A DNA stretch of 56,174 nt, taken from the IMG/VR virus record IMGVR_UViG_3300027906_000005; one strand, given 5' to 3'. The stretch comes from an uncultured virus (IMG/VR IMGVR_UViG_3300027906_000005) (Duplodnaviria; Heunggongvirae; Uroviricota; Caudoviricetes). The translations under genes were made by a program, and so were the position numbers. Position 1 is the first letter of the stretch, and every line of letters starts with the position of its first letter. Shown here one piece after another: positions 36,416 through 46,250 of the stretch. The notes under the pieces were generated by a model. The model did not search any database and had not been told where the DNA came from. It saw only the letters and a program-made list of their open reading frames with translations.

Positions 36416-38401
36416 ATGGCTAGCACGCTTCTATCGCCAGGGGTAGAGATTCAGGAAAGAGATCTCACACTTGGATCGATTGAGACGGTTGAAGTTAACG
36501 TAGGCGCAATCGCAGGTCCGTTCGCAAAGGGACCAGTATTAAAACCAATACGTATCACTACCGAATCTCAACTACTCGACACATTTGGGGAACCATCTGA
36601 TGCAAACGCTGAGACTTGGTGGACGGCCGCTAGTTTCTTATCTTATGGTGGTGTACTAGATGTTGTGAGAGCAGCGACTAGTGGACAACTAACTGCATCT
36701 GATGACAGTGTAACCTCACCTTATACTCTTTCCATCACAACTAAGGACATATACGAGGCAACATATTTCGATGCAACAGCGAACCCATTCAAGTTCGCAG
36801 CAAGAGATGTAGGCACAGACGGTAATGCAATAAGAGTTGGAATTATCGATAAAGGTGCAGACACAATCCTGACACTTGACGGAGTTCTAGCCACAACAAC
36901 CGTCGGTACTCTGGTAGCAAATACAGCAGGTACTAAGTCTGGTAGAATCTATGCGTATGATTCAGGAGCAAACAAAGTTTCCTTAATCTCTTCTGATACT
37001 TGGACAACTAGTGATATCGTTGAGAACGGTGTATCCGACCTTAACGTTACTGCTATTGTAGATTGGTACGATCAGCAAGAAGTTTTCACAGGACTTAAGT
37101 GGTCTGCTATTGGTCCTCGCCCAGGCACATCACCTTATGTTGCTGCTCGTGGTGGTACTGCTGACGAGATTCATATAGCAGTATGGGATGCAACTGGTAC
37201 AATTGCTGGTTCACCAAATGTATTGCTTGAGAAATTCGCTTATGCATCTAAAGCAAACAACGCTAAAACATCACAAGGTGCAGGTAACTATTACCCACAA
37301 GTGATCTCTGACACATCAGCATATATTTACTGGGGTTCCCACGAAACTGATGTTTATGATGTCAGTGCAAACCAGACTGCTAGTGGTGGTAACATTGCTG
37401 GTACTAATAACGCTGGTTCAGATAGCACAACAGACTTTGACCTTTTCACTGCTCCTACGTCTTACACCTTCGCAAAAGGTGCTGAGAGTTTAGGTGCAAC
37501 TTCTGGAGAAGTTATAAGTGCTCTTCAAGAATTCTCTGATCCTGAGACATTGCAGATAGATTATCTGCTCGCAGGACCAGGAGATACTGCAAGTAAGACA
37601 AACACACAAGCTGTTGCTGCTTCAGTATTAACAATAGCATCGTCACGTAAGGACTGCGTTGCTTTTGTTTCACCTTATAGAGGTGACGTTGTTGGAGTTA
37701 CAAGCTCTGCAACACAAACAGAAAATGTAGTTAACTTCTACACAAACCTTCAAGCAACATCATTCGGTGTGTTTGATAACACTTGGAAGTATGTCTACGA
37801 CAGATTTGCTGATAAGTATCGCTACGTACCTTGCAACGGAGATGTTGCTGGTCTTTGCGCTGCTACAACTGCAAACGGATTACCATGGTTCTCACCTGCT
37901 GGTTTGAATCGCGGTGCAATTAAAGGTGCTGTTAAACTAGCATATTCACCAACAAAATCCGAAAGAGATACATTATACCAAAAGCGTATTAACCCAATCA
38001 CCAGTCTACCTGGTCAGGGCATAGTACTCTTTGGAGATAAAACTGCTCTCGCTTCACCATCTGCTTTTGATCGCATAAACGTTCGCCGTCTCTTCAACGT
38101 AATTGAGAAGACTATCGGTAACGCAGCGAAGGGGGTTCTCTTTGAACTTAATGACGAGTTTACTCGTAACAACTTCAAGAATGTTGTTGAACCATACCTT
38201 AGAGGCATTCAAGCCGAAAGAGGTATCACTGACTTCTTGGTAGTTTGCGACGAGACCAATAACACGGGTGCCGTCATCGACAGTAACGAGTTCAAGGCTG
38301 ATTTCTACATCAAGCCAGCACGCTCGATTAACTTCATCACACTAACCTTCGTCGCTACCCGTACTGGTGTTAGCTTTGAAGAAGTAGTACCTCGCAGATA
38401 A
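36416..38401 (+). CDS. g18: Tail sheath protein gp18
   Basis: 'LSPGVEIQERDL', 'PWFSPAGLNRG', 'FDRINVRRLF', 'KPARSINFITLTFVATRTGVSFEE'. Confidence 0.97.
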   Translation: MASTLLSPGVEIQERDLTLGSIETVEVNVGAIAGPFAKGPVLKPIRITTESQLLDTFGEPSDANAETWWTAASFLSYGGVLDVVRAATSGQLTASDDSVTSPYTLSITTKDIYEATYFDATANPFKFAARDVGTDGNAIRVGIIDKGADTILTLDGVLATTTVGTLVANTAGTKSGRIYAYDSGANKVSLISSDTWTTSDIVENGVSDLNVTAIVDWYDQQEVFTGLKWSAIGPRPGTSPYVAARGGTADEIHIAVWDATGTIAGSPNVLLEKFAYASKANNAKTSQGAGNYYPQVISDTSAYIYWGSHETDVYDVSANQTASGGNIAGTNNAGSDSTTDFDLFTAPTSYTFAKGAESLGATSGEVISALQEFSDPETLQIDYLLAGPGDTASKTNTQAVAASVLTIASSRKDCVAFVSPYRGDVVGVTSSATQTENVVNFYTNLQATSFGVFDNTWKYVYDRFADKYRYVPCNGDVAGLCAATTANGLPWFSPAGLNRGAIKGAVKLAYSPTKSERDTLYQKRINPITSLPGQGIVLFGDKTALASPSAFDRINVRRLFNVIEKTIGNAAKGVLFELNDEFTRNNFKNVVEPYLRGIQAERGITDFLVVCDETNNTGAVIDSNEFKADFYIKPARSINFITLTFVATRTGVSFEEVVPRR

Positions 38402-38420
38402 CTTTAAAGGAGCAAAGTAA

Positions 38421-39062
38421 ATGAAAAGCCCATTAGGTCTTTTAGAATTCCAGGAAGCCATTAGGGGCGGTGTACGCCCTAACCTGTTCTCAGTTAGTCA
38501 CCCTTGGCCAACTGATGGCACAGCATCAGGAAAATTAATCGCACCAGTTGTATCTGGAGCGAACATGAATGCAGACAGATCAGTTACATACTTATGTAAG
38601 TCTGCTGCATTACCTGCAACTAATGTAGGAACAGTCGAACTACCTTTCCGTGGTCGTGTTGTTAAAGTCCCAGGTGATAGAACATTCGAGACTTGGACAG
38701 CAACATTCTATATGGATGACACCTTCGCACTACGTGGTGCATATGAAAGGTGGATTCAGTTGACCAACGGAGTTGATACTAACACTGCAGTGGCCGATAT
38801 CAAGGACACATTCAAGGACGTTACCATTTCTCAATTAGATAAATTTGGTGGTCCTGCTGCAGCTGGTGGTGGATCAGGTGGAGACTACAACATCATTCGT
38901 CAGTATAGATTGGTCGCAGCATTCCCAGTATCTGTTTCTCAGGTATCTGTTGCTTATGACAACAATGATTCTTACGAAGAGTTTGATGTTGAGTTCGCTT
39001 ATCAGTACCACGAGTCAACTGGTCTAGTGAACTCCGTTTCAAAGGATTCTGACAACGCCTAA
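38421..39062 (+). CDS. g19: Tail tube protein gp19
   Basis: 'GGVRPNLF', 'PFRGRVVKVPGDRTFETWT', 'FP..VS...YDNND..EEFDVEFAYQ'. Confidence 0.95.
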   Translation: MKSPLGLLEFQEAIRGGVRPNLFSVSHPWPTDGTASGKLIAPVVSGANMNADRSVTYLCKSAALPATNVGTVELPFRGRVVKVPGDRTFETWTATFYMDDTFALRGAYERWIQLTNGVDTNTAVADIKDTFKDVTISQLDKFGGPAAAGGGSGGDYNIIRQYRLVAAFPVSVSQVSVAYDNNDSYEEFDVEFAYQYHESTGLVNSVSKDSDNA

Positions 39063-39065
39063 ATA
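39059..39065 (+). promoter_or_regulatory. Late promoter variant CTAAATA
   Basis: Overlaps the g19 stop, upstream of g20. Confidence 0.55.
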
Positions 39066-39091
39066 GTAGGTAAGCAGAAACCAAAAATATT

Positions 39092-40705
39092 ATGGCAGAG
39101 TTATTCGGTTTCTCGTTTAAGAAGAAGCAGGAAAAGGAGCGTGCTCCGTCTCCTATCCAGCCTTCTAGCGAGGACGGCGCAACTAGTTATATCGCTGGAG
39201 GTTACTATGGTCAGTATCTTGACCTAGACGGTAACTTCAAGACCGAATTCGATATGGTGAAAAAGTATCGTGAGATGGCGATGCATCCAGAAGTGGATTC
39301 CGCCATTGAAGATATAATACATGAAGCAATCGTAGCAGACCAGAACGATAGTCCAGTACATGTTAACCTCGATAACCTTGAGGTTAGTGATAGTGTTAAG
39401 ACTATGATTCGTGATGAGTTTGAGTACTGCAAGAATATGTTTGGATTTGATTCCAAAGCCCATGAGATGTTCCGTAGATGGTATATCGATGGGCGTTTAT
39501 ATTATCATAAAGTAATCGATCTTGATAGACCACAAGAAGGTATTAAGGAAGTCAGATATATTGATCCTCATAAGATTAAGAAAGTAAGACAGATTAATAA
39601 ACCCAAAACCGCAGATGAATTTATGAAGTATGACTTCGGTACTTCCGAAGAGTATTTCATATACAATCCTAAAGGGTTGAATAATACATCTGCTAATAGC
39701 GGAATTAAGATTGCGAAAGATGCGATAACCTATGTTACCTCTGGTATCATGGATACGAATAGAAATATCGTATTATCTTATTTGCATAAAGGTATCAAAG
39801 TACTCAATCAACTTAGAATGATTGAAGATTCTTTGGTCATCTATCGTATATCTCGCGCACCAGAACGCAGGATCTTCTATATTGACGTAGGTAATCTTCC
39901 TAAAGTTAAGGCAGAACAATACTTACGTGAAGTTATGGGAAGATATCGTAACAAATTAGTTTACGATGCTGCCACTGGTGAGATCAGAGATGATAGAAAA
40001 TACATGTCTATGATGGAAGATTTCTGGCTTCCACGTAGAGAAGGTGGTAGAGGAACGGAAATAACCACACTTCCAGGGGGTCAAAACCTTGGAGAGCTTA
40101 CAGACGTGCAATATTTCCAAACAAAACTTTACAAAGCGTTAAATGTTCCCGCTGGTAGATTAGATTCTGCTACTTCATTTAACCTTGGAAGGTCATCTGA
40201 AATCACCAGAGATGAACTGAAGTTTACTAAGTTTGTTGGTAAGCTCCGCAAAAAGTTCAGTGATATCTTTAATGATGTACTTAAAACTCAACTAATCCTT
40301 AAGAGTGTAATCACTCCTGAAGATTGGGAAGACATGAAGGAGCACATCCAGTATGACTATCTCTATGATAATCATTTCACGGAACTTAAGAACCTTGAGA
40401 TGATGACAGAGAAATTAAATGTCATTGGATTGATGGATCCTTATGTTGGTAAGTACTTCTCAGTAGACTTTATCCGTCAGGAGATTCTAGGTCAGACTGA
40501 GAAACAGGTTGAGGAAATGGATCAGCAGATGGCTGATGATATAACAAGCGGAAGAGCAATGGATCCCCTTGCTTTAGTTGCCGCTGACACCCAACAATTA
40601 GAGACAGATCAAGAGAATCAGGAACTTGATCAAGAGATGAAGAAGGCTCAAATCAAGCAGACAAAGCAAAAACCCGCGCCTCAAAAAGCAAACGGTAATA
40701 AATAA
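39092..40705 (+). CDS. g20: Portal protein gp20
   Basis: 'RRWYIDGR', 'YRISRAPERRIFYIDVGNLPK', 'EDFWLPRREGGRGTEITTLPGG'. Confidence 0.97.
   Translation: MAELFGFSFKKKQEKERAPSPIQPSSEDGATSYIAGGYYGQYLDLDGNFKTEFDMVKKYREMAMHPEVDSAIEDIIHEAIVADQNDSPVHVNLDNLEVSDSVKTMIRDEFEYCKNMFGFDSKAHEMFRRWYIDGRLYYHKVIDLDRPQEGIKEVRYIDPHKIKKVRQINKPKTADEFMKYDFGTSEEYFIYNPKGLNNTSANSGIKIAKDAITYVTSGIMDTNRNIVLSYLHKGIKVLNQLRMIEDSLVIYRISRAPERRIFYIDVGNLPKVKAEQYLREVMGRYRNKLVYDAATGEIRDDRKYMSMMEDFWLPRREGGRGTEITTLPGGQNLGELTDVQYFQTKLYKALNVPAGRLDSATSFNLGRSSEITRDELKFTKFVGKLRKKFSDIFNDVLKTQLILKSVITPEDWEDMKEHIQYDYLYDNHFTELKNLEMMTEKLNVIGLMDPYVGKYFSVDFIRQEILGQTEKQVEEMDQQMADDITSGRAMDPLALVAADTQQLETDQENQELDQEMKKAQIKQTKQKPAPQKANGNK
40697..40704 (+). 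promoter_or_regulatory. Late promoter variant AATAAATA
   Basis: At the g20 3' end, upstream of the ATG at 40726. Confidence 0.55.
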
Positions 40706-40725
40706 ACTTTAGACAACGTTACATT

Positions 40726-41028
40726 ATGGCTACACAAGAACGAGAAATCGTTGATTTACTTTGGGATGGTGGACAGGCAGATGCCTTAGACAAACTCAAA
40801 GATATGTTGCAAGTGAAAGCGGCAGCTGCCGTGGACGCTAGTAAGTTGGATGTTGCAAACAAAATGTTTCCGCACGTTCCCGATGATGGGAATGTAAATG
40901 CTAGAGAGACTGGTCTTCCCCCAGAAGGCGAGGCTTCTTCAGACGAAACAGCGGAAGTGATCAACAGAAATCCAGATGAAACTGAAGTAACTGACACACA
41001 GGAAACCGATGATGAAACTGATAACTGA
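40726..41028 (+). CDS. Acidic prohead core protein (gp67-like by position)
   Basis: Small acidic protein between g20 and g21. Confidence 0.55.
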   Translation: MATQEREIVDLLWDGGQADALDKLKDMLQVKAAAAVDASKLDVANKMFPHVPDDGNVNARETGLPPEGEASSDETAEVINRNPDETEVTDTQETDDETDN

Positions 41029-41659
41029 ACAGATAGAGCCAGTTGAAATGCTCGTCGAAGAAACCGACGGCAAAAAAGACACCTTCATAAGGGGCGTATT
41101 TCTTCAGACTGAAATCACGAATCGCAATGGTCGTATGTACAAGTACGATACAATGGCTCGTGAGGTTAACAAGTACAATGAGGAGTTCATCCAACGCGGA
41201 AGAGCACTCGGAGAACTTGGTCATCCAGAAGGTCCAACCATAAACTTGGATCGTGTGTCGCACAAGATAGTAGACTTGCAACCAGAAGGTAAGAACTTCA
41301 TTGGTAAAGCAAAGCTACTTGAAACCCCTATGGGCAAGATCGCTAAGAACTTACTTGAGGAAGGGGTACAACTCGGTGTTTCTTCACGTGGTTTAGGCTC
41401 TCTTAGAAAAGAGGGTACTACATCTGTTGTCGCCGATGACTTCATTCTTAGTACTGCTGCTGATATAGTGGCAGACCCTTCAGCTCCCGATGCTTTTGTG
41501 GAAGGAATCTACGAAGGAAAAGAATGGGCTCTTGTTGATGGCAAGATTAAAGAAGCACAAATCGAGGCTGTCAAGCAATCGCTTGATAACGCTCCCTCAT
41601 ATGAGGAACTCGCTGAGAGAAAGATCCGCGCTTTTGATCACTTTCTCAGAAGTTTGTGA
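41009..41659 (+). CDS. g21: Prohead protease gp21
   Basis: 'NRNGRMY', 'ALGELGHP', 'GVSSRGLGSL', 'DIVADPSAPDAFV'. Confidence 0.97.
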   Translation: MMKLITEQIEPVEMLVEETDGKKDTFIRGVFLQTEITNRNGRMYKYDTMAREVNKYNEEFIQRGRALGELGHPEGPTINLDRVSHKIVDLQPEGKNFIGKAKLLETPMGKIAKNLLEEGVQLGVSSRGLGSLRKEGTTSVVADDFILSTAADIVADPSAPDAFVEGIYEGKEWALVDGKIKEAQIEAVKQSLDNAPSYEELAERKIRAFDHFLRSL

Positions 41660-41661
41660 TT

Positions 41662-41669
41662 TATAAATA
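41662..41669 (+). promoter_or_regulatory. Late promoter TATAAATA
   Basis: Exact consensus, intergenic, upstream of g22. Confidence 0.8.
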
Positions 41670-41716
41670 AATTATAGATTAAAAAGCAGTCTAATTATCC
41701 CGCAAGGAGTACTTAA

Positions 41717-42775
41717 ATGTCTAGTATTGATGAAAAATTTCAGAAGGTGATCGCAGAAAACACTGCTGCTCCTACTGAGACCGTCGAGGAAGATGCCGCA
41801 GTTGGCGATGCAGCCATCAAGAAAGGCGCAGTACCTCAACAGAAATCCGACCTAAAGAATAGTGCAATAGAAGTCGGTGGAAGCACTAAAGAAAAACCCG
41901 AAGGACCAGATAACGTTGGTGCTAAGGCAGCTGCTCCAGTAGCAGTTGAAAAAGATGCCTCTATTAAAACAAAGCCAAGCGATGCTTCATCTAGTCTTCC
42001 AGGTGGACTTTCAGCTAAGATCTTTGATGACGTAGAGAAGTCAGGAGAAACAATCTCCGAAACAGAAGTCAAAGAGGACATCACCGCGATTCTAGCAGGT
42101 GCTGATCTTGACGAAGAATTCCAAAAGAAAGCATCAACCGTTTTTGAAGCTGCTGTACATAGCAAGGTACAAGAACAGGTTGCTGGTTTGAAGGAAACTG
42201 CAGAGACCAGGATAGCAGAAGAACTCGAAAAAATCAGAGAAGAGTTCGCTGGTCGTGTAGAGAATTTCCTTTCCTATGCTTGCGAAGAGTGGATGCAGGA
42301 GAACGAACTGGCCGTTGAGTCAGGTCTCCGCGCAGAAGTCACCGAAGCATTCATGGGTGGATTAAAGAAATTGTTCGTTGAAAGCAACATCAATCTTCCA
42401 GATGAGAAGCTTGATGCAGTTGCTTCAATGAGCGAGAAACTAGATGAAATGGAGACCCGACTCAACGAACAAGTTGATAAGAACGTCGGACTGCATGAGA
42501 AGGTAGCAACCTATCGTAAGAATGAGATTTTGACAGAACTATCCAGAGGACTTGCAGAAGTTCAGAAGGATAAGTTTACCTCTCTAGCTGAAGCAGTCGA
42601 GTTCAAAACTGAAGAGTCGTATCGTGAAAAGCTTGGACAAATCAAGGAAAGTTATTTCGGTGCTGCAAAGCCTGAAGTAGCAGAAGAAATTTCCTCTGAA
42701 GAGCCACAAGCAAAAGTTGAATCTATTAGTGAGAGCATGACATCTTATGTCCAGCAGCTCGCTAAACGGATCTAA
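41717..42775 (+). CDS. g22: Prohead scaffold protein gp22
   Basis: Glu-rich coiled coil, 'KASTVFEAAV', 'Y.CEEWMQENELAVESGLR', between g21 and g23. Confidence 0.92.
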   Translation: MSSIDEKFQKVIAENTAAPTETVEEDAAVGDAAIKKGAVPQQKSDLKNSAIEVGGSTKEKPEGPDNVGAKAAAPVAVEKDASIKTKPSDASSSLPGGLSAKIFDDVEKSGETISETEVKEDITAILAGADLDEEFQKKASTVFEAAVHSKVQEQVAGLKETAETRIAEELEKIREEFAGRVENFLSYACEEWMQENELAVESGLRAEVTEAFMGGLKKLFVESNINLPDEKLDAVASMSEKLDEMETRLNEQVDKNVGLHEKVATYRKNEILTELSRGLAEVQKDKFTSLAEAVEFKTEESYREKLGQIKESYFGAAKPEVAEEISSEEPQAKVESISESMTSYVQQLAKRI

Positions 42776-42816
42776 CTGGCTACACACTTAAAAAGTAATA
42801 CAGGAGTATTCTAAGC

Positions 42817-44184
42817 ATGTTTAATGCAGAACAACTCCAAGAGAAGTGGGCACCAGTACTTAACCATGATGGTCTTCCTGAAATCAAGGACAACTATCGT
42901 AAGTCGGTTACCGCAATCCTCTTGGAGAACCAAGAGAAGGCACTAAAAGAAGAACGTGCCGTTCTTACAGAAGCACCAACTAACGTTGGTCCAATCAACA
43001 CTCAGACAACAGGCGCAGGTGCCGTATATGGTTTCGACCCTATACTCATCAGCTTGATCCGTCGTGCTATGCCTAAGCTAATTGCTTATGACATCGCTGG
43101 CGTTCAGCCTATGTCAGGTCCAACAGGACTTATTTTCGCAATGCGTTCTCGCTACACCAACCAAGCTGGTGGAGAAGCATTCTTCAATGAGCCTGATGCA
43201 CAGTTCTCTGGTACTAAAGGTGGAACACCTCCAACAGCTACCACTGAGAAGAACCCAGGTCTTATCAACGACGCAACTGGTGGCGGTACAACTGCTACTA
43301 ACTATGATCTTGCTTCAGACAAGTTCAGTACAACCAACCTAGAATCTCTTGGAGATTCAGCTGGTAATGCGTTCATGGAAATGGCATTCAGCATCGACCG
43401 TATTGCGGTTGAAGCTAAAGGTCGTGCCCTAAGAGCTGACTACTCAGTTGAACTAGCACAAGACTTGAAAGCAATCCACGGATTAGATGCCGAGTCTGAA
43501 CTAGCAAACATTCTCTCAACAGAGATCCTCGCTGAAATCAACCGTGAGGTTGTACGTACTGTTTACCGTGGTGCTAAGCCAGGTGCTCAGGCAAACGTTG
43601 CCAACGCAGGTGTATTCGACCTTGACGTTGACTCCAACGGAAGATGGTCAGTTGAGAAATTCAAAGGTCTTCTATTCCAGATAGAAAGAGATGCCAACGC
43701 AATCGCACAGGAAACTCGTCGCGGGAAGGGCAATGTTATCATCACATCTGCTGATGTAGCATCTGCACTTGCTATGAGTGGAGTTCTTGACTACGATTCT
43801 GGTATTAAGGGTGCTGTTGGTGGAATCGGCGAAGTCGATGACACAGGCAACACATTCGTTGGTACACTCAACGGACGCTTCAAGGTCTATATCGACCCTT
43901 ACTCAGCAAACGTAAGTTCTGATCAGTACTACGTTGTTGGTTATAAAGGATCCAACGCATATGACGCTGGTTTATTCTACTGTCCTTATGTACCTCTCCA
44001 GATGTACAGAGCGATAGGTCAGGATACATTCCAACCACGTATCGGGTTTAAGACTCGTTACGGAATGGTTCTTAACCCATTTGCTAAGGGACTAACTGCA
44101 CTTTCAGATTCCGATCCACAAGCTGCAGGTAACCTCAACGCTAACGCCTACTACAGACGTGTAAGAGTTGCAAACCTAATGTGA
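42817..44184 (+). CDS. g23: Major capsid protein gp23
   Basis: 'LQEKWAPVL', 'GVQPMSGPTGLIFAMRS', 'ELAQDLKAIHGLDAE', 'FQPRIGFKTRYG'. Confidence 0.98.
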   Translation: MFNAEQLQEKWAPVLNHDGLPEIKDNYRKSVTAILLENQEKALKEERAVLTEAPTNVGPINTQTTGAGAVYGFDPILISLIRRAMPKLIAYDIAGVQPMSGPTGLIFAMRSRYTNQAGGEAFFNEPDAQFSGTKGGTPPTATTEKNPGLINDATGGGTTATNYDLASDKFSTTNLESLGDSAGNAFMEMAFSIDRIAVEAKGRALRADYSVELAQDLKAIHGLDAESELANILSTEILAEINREVVRTVYRGAKPGAQANVANAGVFDLDVDSNGRWSVEKFKGLLFQIERDANAIAQETRRGKGNVIITSADVASALAMSGVLDYDSGIKGAVGGIGEVDDTGNTFVGTLNGRFKVYIDPYSANVSSDQYYVVGYKGSNAYDAGLFYCPYVPLQMYRAIGQDTFQPRIGFKTRYGMVLNPFAKGLTALSDSDPQAAGNLNANAYYRRVRVANLM

Positions 44185-44207
44185 TCCAACTGGATATACA
44201 TTCTTTC

Positions 44208-44235
44208 AAAGAGACCCTACGGGGTCTCTTTTTTT
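44208..44235 (+). terminator. Rho-independent terminator after g23
   Basis: AAAGAGACCC-TACG-GGGTCTCTTT stem with a UNCG tetraloop and a T run. Confidence 0.92.
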
Positions 44236-44275
44236 GTCTAGGTATAAATTCGTAGGCATTTCTTTTTATTAAAAT

Positions 44276-44289
44276 GTATCGGTAAATAC
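44276..44289 (+). promoter_or_regulatory. Candidate NtcA box GTA-N8-TAC
   Basis: GTATCGGTAAATAC in intergenic DNA; a TAGAAT -10-like hexamer lies 24 nt downstream (44314-44319). Confidence 0.35.
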
Positions 44290-44383
44290 GGTCCTTATTT
44301 GCATACATAATAGTAGAATAGGAGAAACAAGATGAACCCAAACTTCTTTGTTATTGTTTGTTCAACCTAAATGGAGGTGCATC

Positions 44384-44563
44384 ATGCACAACATAGTCTC
44401 ACAGAATCAACTAGGCAGTTGGAATCGTATCGATAGTAGTATGAGAACTTTAAGCGAACACGACGCTGATATAAATCCGATCGACGATTATTTTGAATGT
44501 CTTATTGAGTGTGAAGACTTACCCGCTTCATGCAAACGCATATGTAAAACCGTATTGGAATAG
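44384..44563 (+). CDS. Small twin-CX3C protein (59 aa, MHNIVSQNQL...)
   Basis: Strong RBS GGAGGT at 44373-44378; C-terminal CLIEC-x6-CKRIC. Confidence 0.7.
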   Translation: MHNIVSQNQLGSWNRIDSSMRTLSEHDADINPIDDYFECLIECEDLPASCKRICKTVLE

Positions 44564-44591
44564 AACTATGCACTGAAAACTTAATAGTTTG

Positions 44592-44623
44592 AGAGGGTCT
44601 AAATAATATGACCCTCTTTTTTT
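44592..44623 (+). terminator. Rho-independent terminator with late promoter CTAAATA in its loop
   Basis: AGAGGGTC/GACCCTCT stem followed by a T run; CTAAATA at 44599-44605. Confidence 0.75.
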
Positions 44624-44627
44624 ATGC

Positions 44628-45257
44628 ATGGATGCTATCACGGGTTTTCTTCATGAGTATTTGAGTACCTTTGATGCTAATGAGATAACGAAGATTAAAG
44701 ATTGGGATTACAATTACTTTGGTGTACCTGACTTCCATCGAAAGGTCATGTACAAAGAAGGGCAGTTCCAATGTGAGTTATTGAACTGGCCACCTCATGC
44801 AATAATTCCAGAGCATGTCCATCCAGACATAGACAGTTACGAAGTTTATATACGTGGTAAGATTGGATTCAGTCATGATGGATATTGGATAGATAACCAC
44901 CCAGAGGTGAAAGAGATATGTAAGTTTGTCCATGACTACTTTACCCTACGTGTATACCATGATGATATACATGGAGCATTCATGGGAGATGATCGTTCAA
45001 TGTTTATGTCAGTGCAACACTGGCAGAACGGTGTTAAACCTAGCACTGTTGGTGAGAACTACATAGGAGCTGTTGATGGTGTACTAGGTGATGGATATAA
45101 TATTGATGATGTAGAAGGACAGAGCACTAGAGGTAAGAACAAATCTTTATCTTTCCTTGATGCAGCACATAAAGAAACAGAGATGCCAGACTTTAGTGAC
45201 ATGAGATTCCAGATCTTTGACAAGATACGTGATCCTGAAAAATTTTGGCTAGGATAA
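44628..45257 (+). CDS. Cupin-fold putative metalloprotein
   Basis: Cupin motif 1 'PEHVHPDIDSYEVYIRGKI' and motif-2 His in 'DDIHGA'. Confidence 0.6.
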   Translation: MDAITGFLHEYLSTFDANEITKIKDWDYNYFGVPDFHRKVMYKEGQFQCELLNWPPHAIIPEHVHPDIDSYEVYIRGKIGFSHDGYWIDNHPEVKEICKFVHDYFTLRVYHDDIHGAFMGDDRSMFMSVQHWQNGVKPSTVGENYIGAVDGVLGDGYNIDDVEGQSTRGKNKSLSFLDAAHKETEMPDFSDMRFQIFDKIRDPEKFWLG

Positions 45258-45260
45258 ATA
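45253..45260 (+). promoter_or_regulatory. Late promoter variant GATAAATA
   Basis: Overlaps a stop codon, upstream of g3. Confidence 0.6.
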
Positions 45261-45282
45261 ATACGGAGACCTGCGTGAACTA

Positions 45283-45840
45283 ATGGCTAACCAAGGAGTA
45301 TTCTCACCAACCAATCAAAACTTTTTATCTCCTGTAGGTTTTAAGTTCCTTTTGAGTAGAACGCCCAATGTAGATTTTTTCTGCCAATCGGCTTCTATTC
45401 CTGACATCAGTATTGGTGTAAGAGATATAACAACACCAGTAAAGGACTATCAAATTCCTGGTGATAAGATGACTTTCGGTGATCTTAATTTAAAATTTCT
45501 AGTTAATGAAACTCTTGACAACTACTATGAAGTCTATAAGTGGTTGAGGGGGCTTAGTAGTCCTAAGACTCCAGTTGAGATGTATCAGTACCTAGACAAG
45601 GAAGTAGATGAGAAGGGTAGACCTGATAGATTTGATAAGACAATGAGCGATGCTCGTCTTCTGATTCTAAACAGCAACTATAACGCAACGTCTATCATTA
45701 ACTTCTACAATATATTTCCAACTAGTTTAACTACATTGGAATTCGATGCATCTGCTACGGACATCAATTACTTCACAGCAGACGTTAACTTCAAGTATAC
45801 ACTGTACGAGATCACAGATAGTAAAGGGATTAAAGTATGA
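45283..45840 (+). CDS. g3: Tail completion/sheath stabiliser gp3
   Basis: 'NFLSPVGFKF...PNVDFFCQSASIP', 'PGDK.TFGDL.LKFLV.E.L.NY', 'FPTSL..LEFD'. Confidence 0.88.
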   Translation: MANQGVFSPTNQNFLSPVGFKFLLSRTPNVDFFCQSASIPDISIGVRDITTPVKDYQIPGDKMTFGDLNLKFLVNETLDNYYEVYKWLRGLSSPKTPVEMYQYLDKEVDEKGRPDRFDKTMSDARLLILNSNYNATSIINFYNIFPTSLTTLEFDASATDINYFTADVNFKYTLYEITDSKGIKV

Positions 45841-46250
45841 ATCTAGACACCTTGAATGACATGTGGGAGAAAGACTCACAATTAAACGATGAAAAATTAG
45901 ATCATGACAGTTTAGAGATACCCAGATTACATGCTAAATATTTAAGACTTTACAACACATTCACCACCCTTCGGGATCAAGGTGAACTAGATGTAAAGCG
46001 CACTTACAAAGATAAGTGGGAGTACTACACAGGCAAATCGGAGAAACCTTTTCACCTTAAACTTCTCAAACCAGATGTAGCAATATATTTGGATGCAGAC
46101 GAAGAATATCAAAAATCCGTACTAAAGCTGAAGTACTATAACCAAATGGTCGAGGCATTGAAAGCAATTCTACAAGCGATCAATAACCGTTCATTCTATA
46201 TTAAGAACGCGATTGAATTCGCTAAGTTCCTGAAAGGTTATGAAATCTAA
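45837..46250 (+). CDS. uvsY: Recombination mediator UvsY
   Basis: 'IPRLHAKYL', 'WEYYTGK', 'INNRSFYIKNAIEF.KF..G'; precedes uvsW. Confidence 0.9.
   Translation: MNLDTLNDMWEKDSQLNDEKLDHDSLEIPRLHAKYLRLYNTFTTLRDQGELDVKRTYKDKWEYYTGKSEKPFHLKLLKPDVAIYLDADEEYQKSVLKLKYYNQMVEALKAILQAINNRSFYIKNAIEFAKFLKGYEI

Noticed and set aside
34664..44184. Introns, inteins or homing endonucleases in g17-g23
   Set aside because: The ORFs are continuous, of ordinary length and show no splicing or endonuclease motifs.
44384..44563. CP12 auxiliary metabolic gene
   Set aside because: Lacks the AWD.VEEL core and the CP12 C-terminal C-x8-C pattern.
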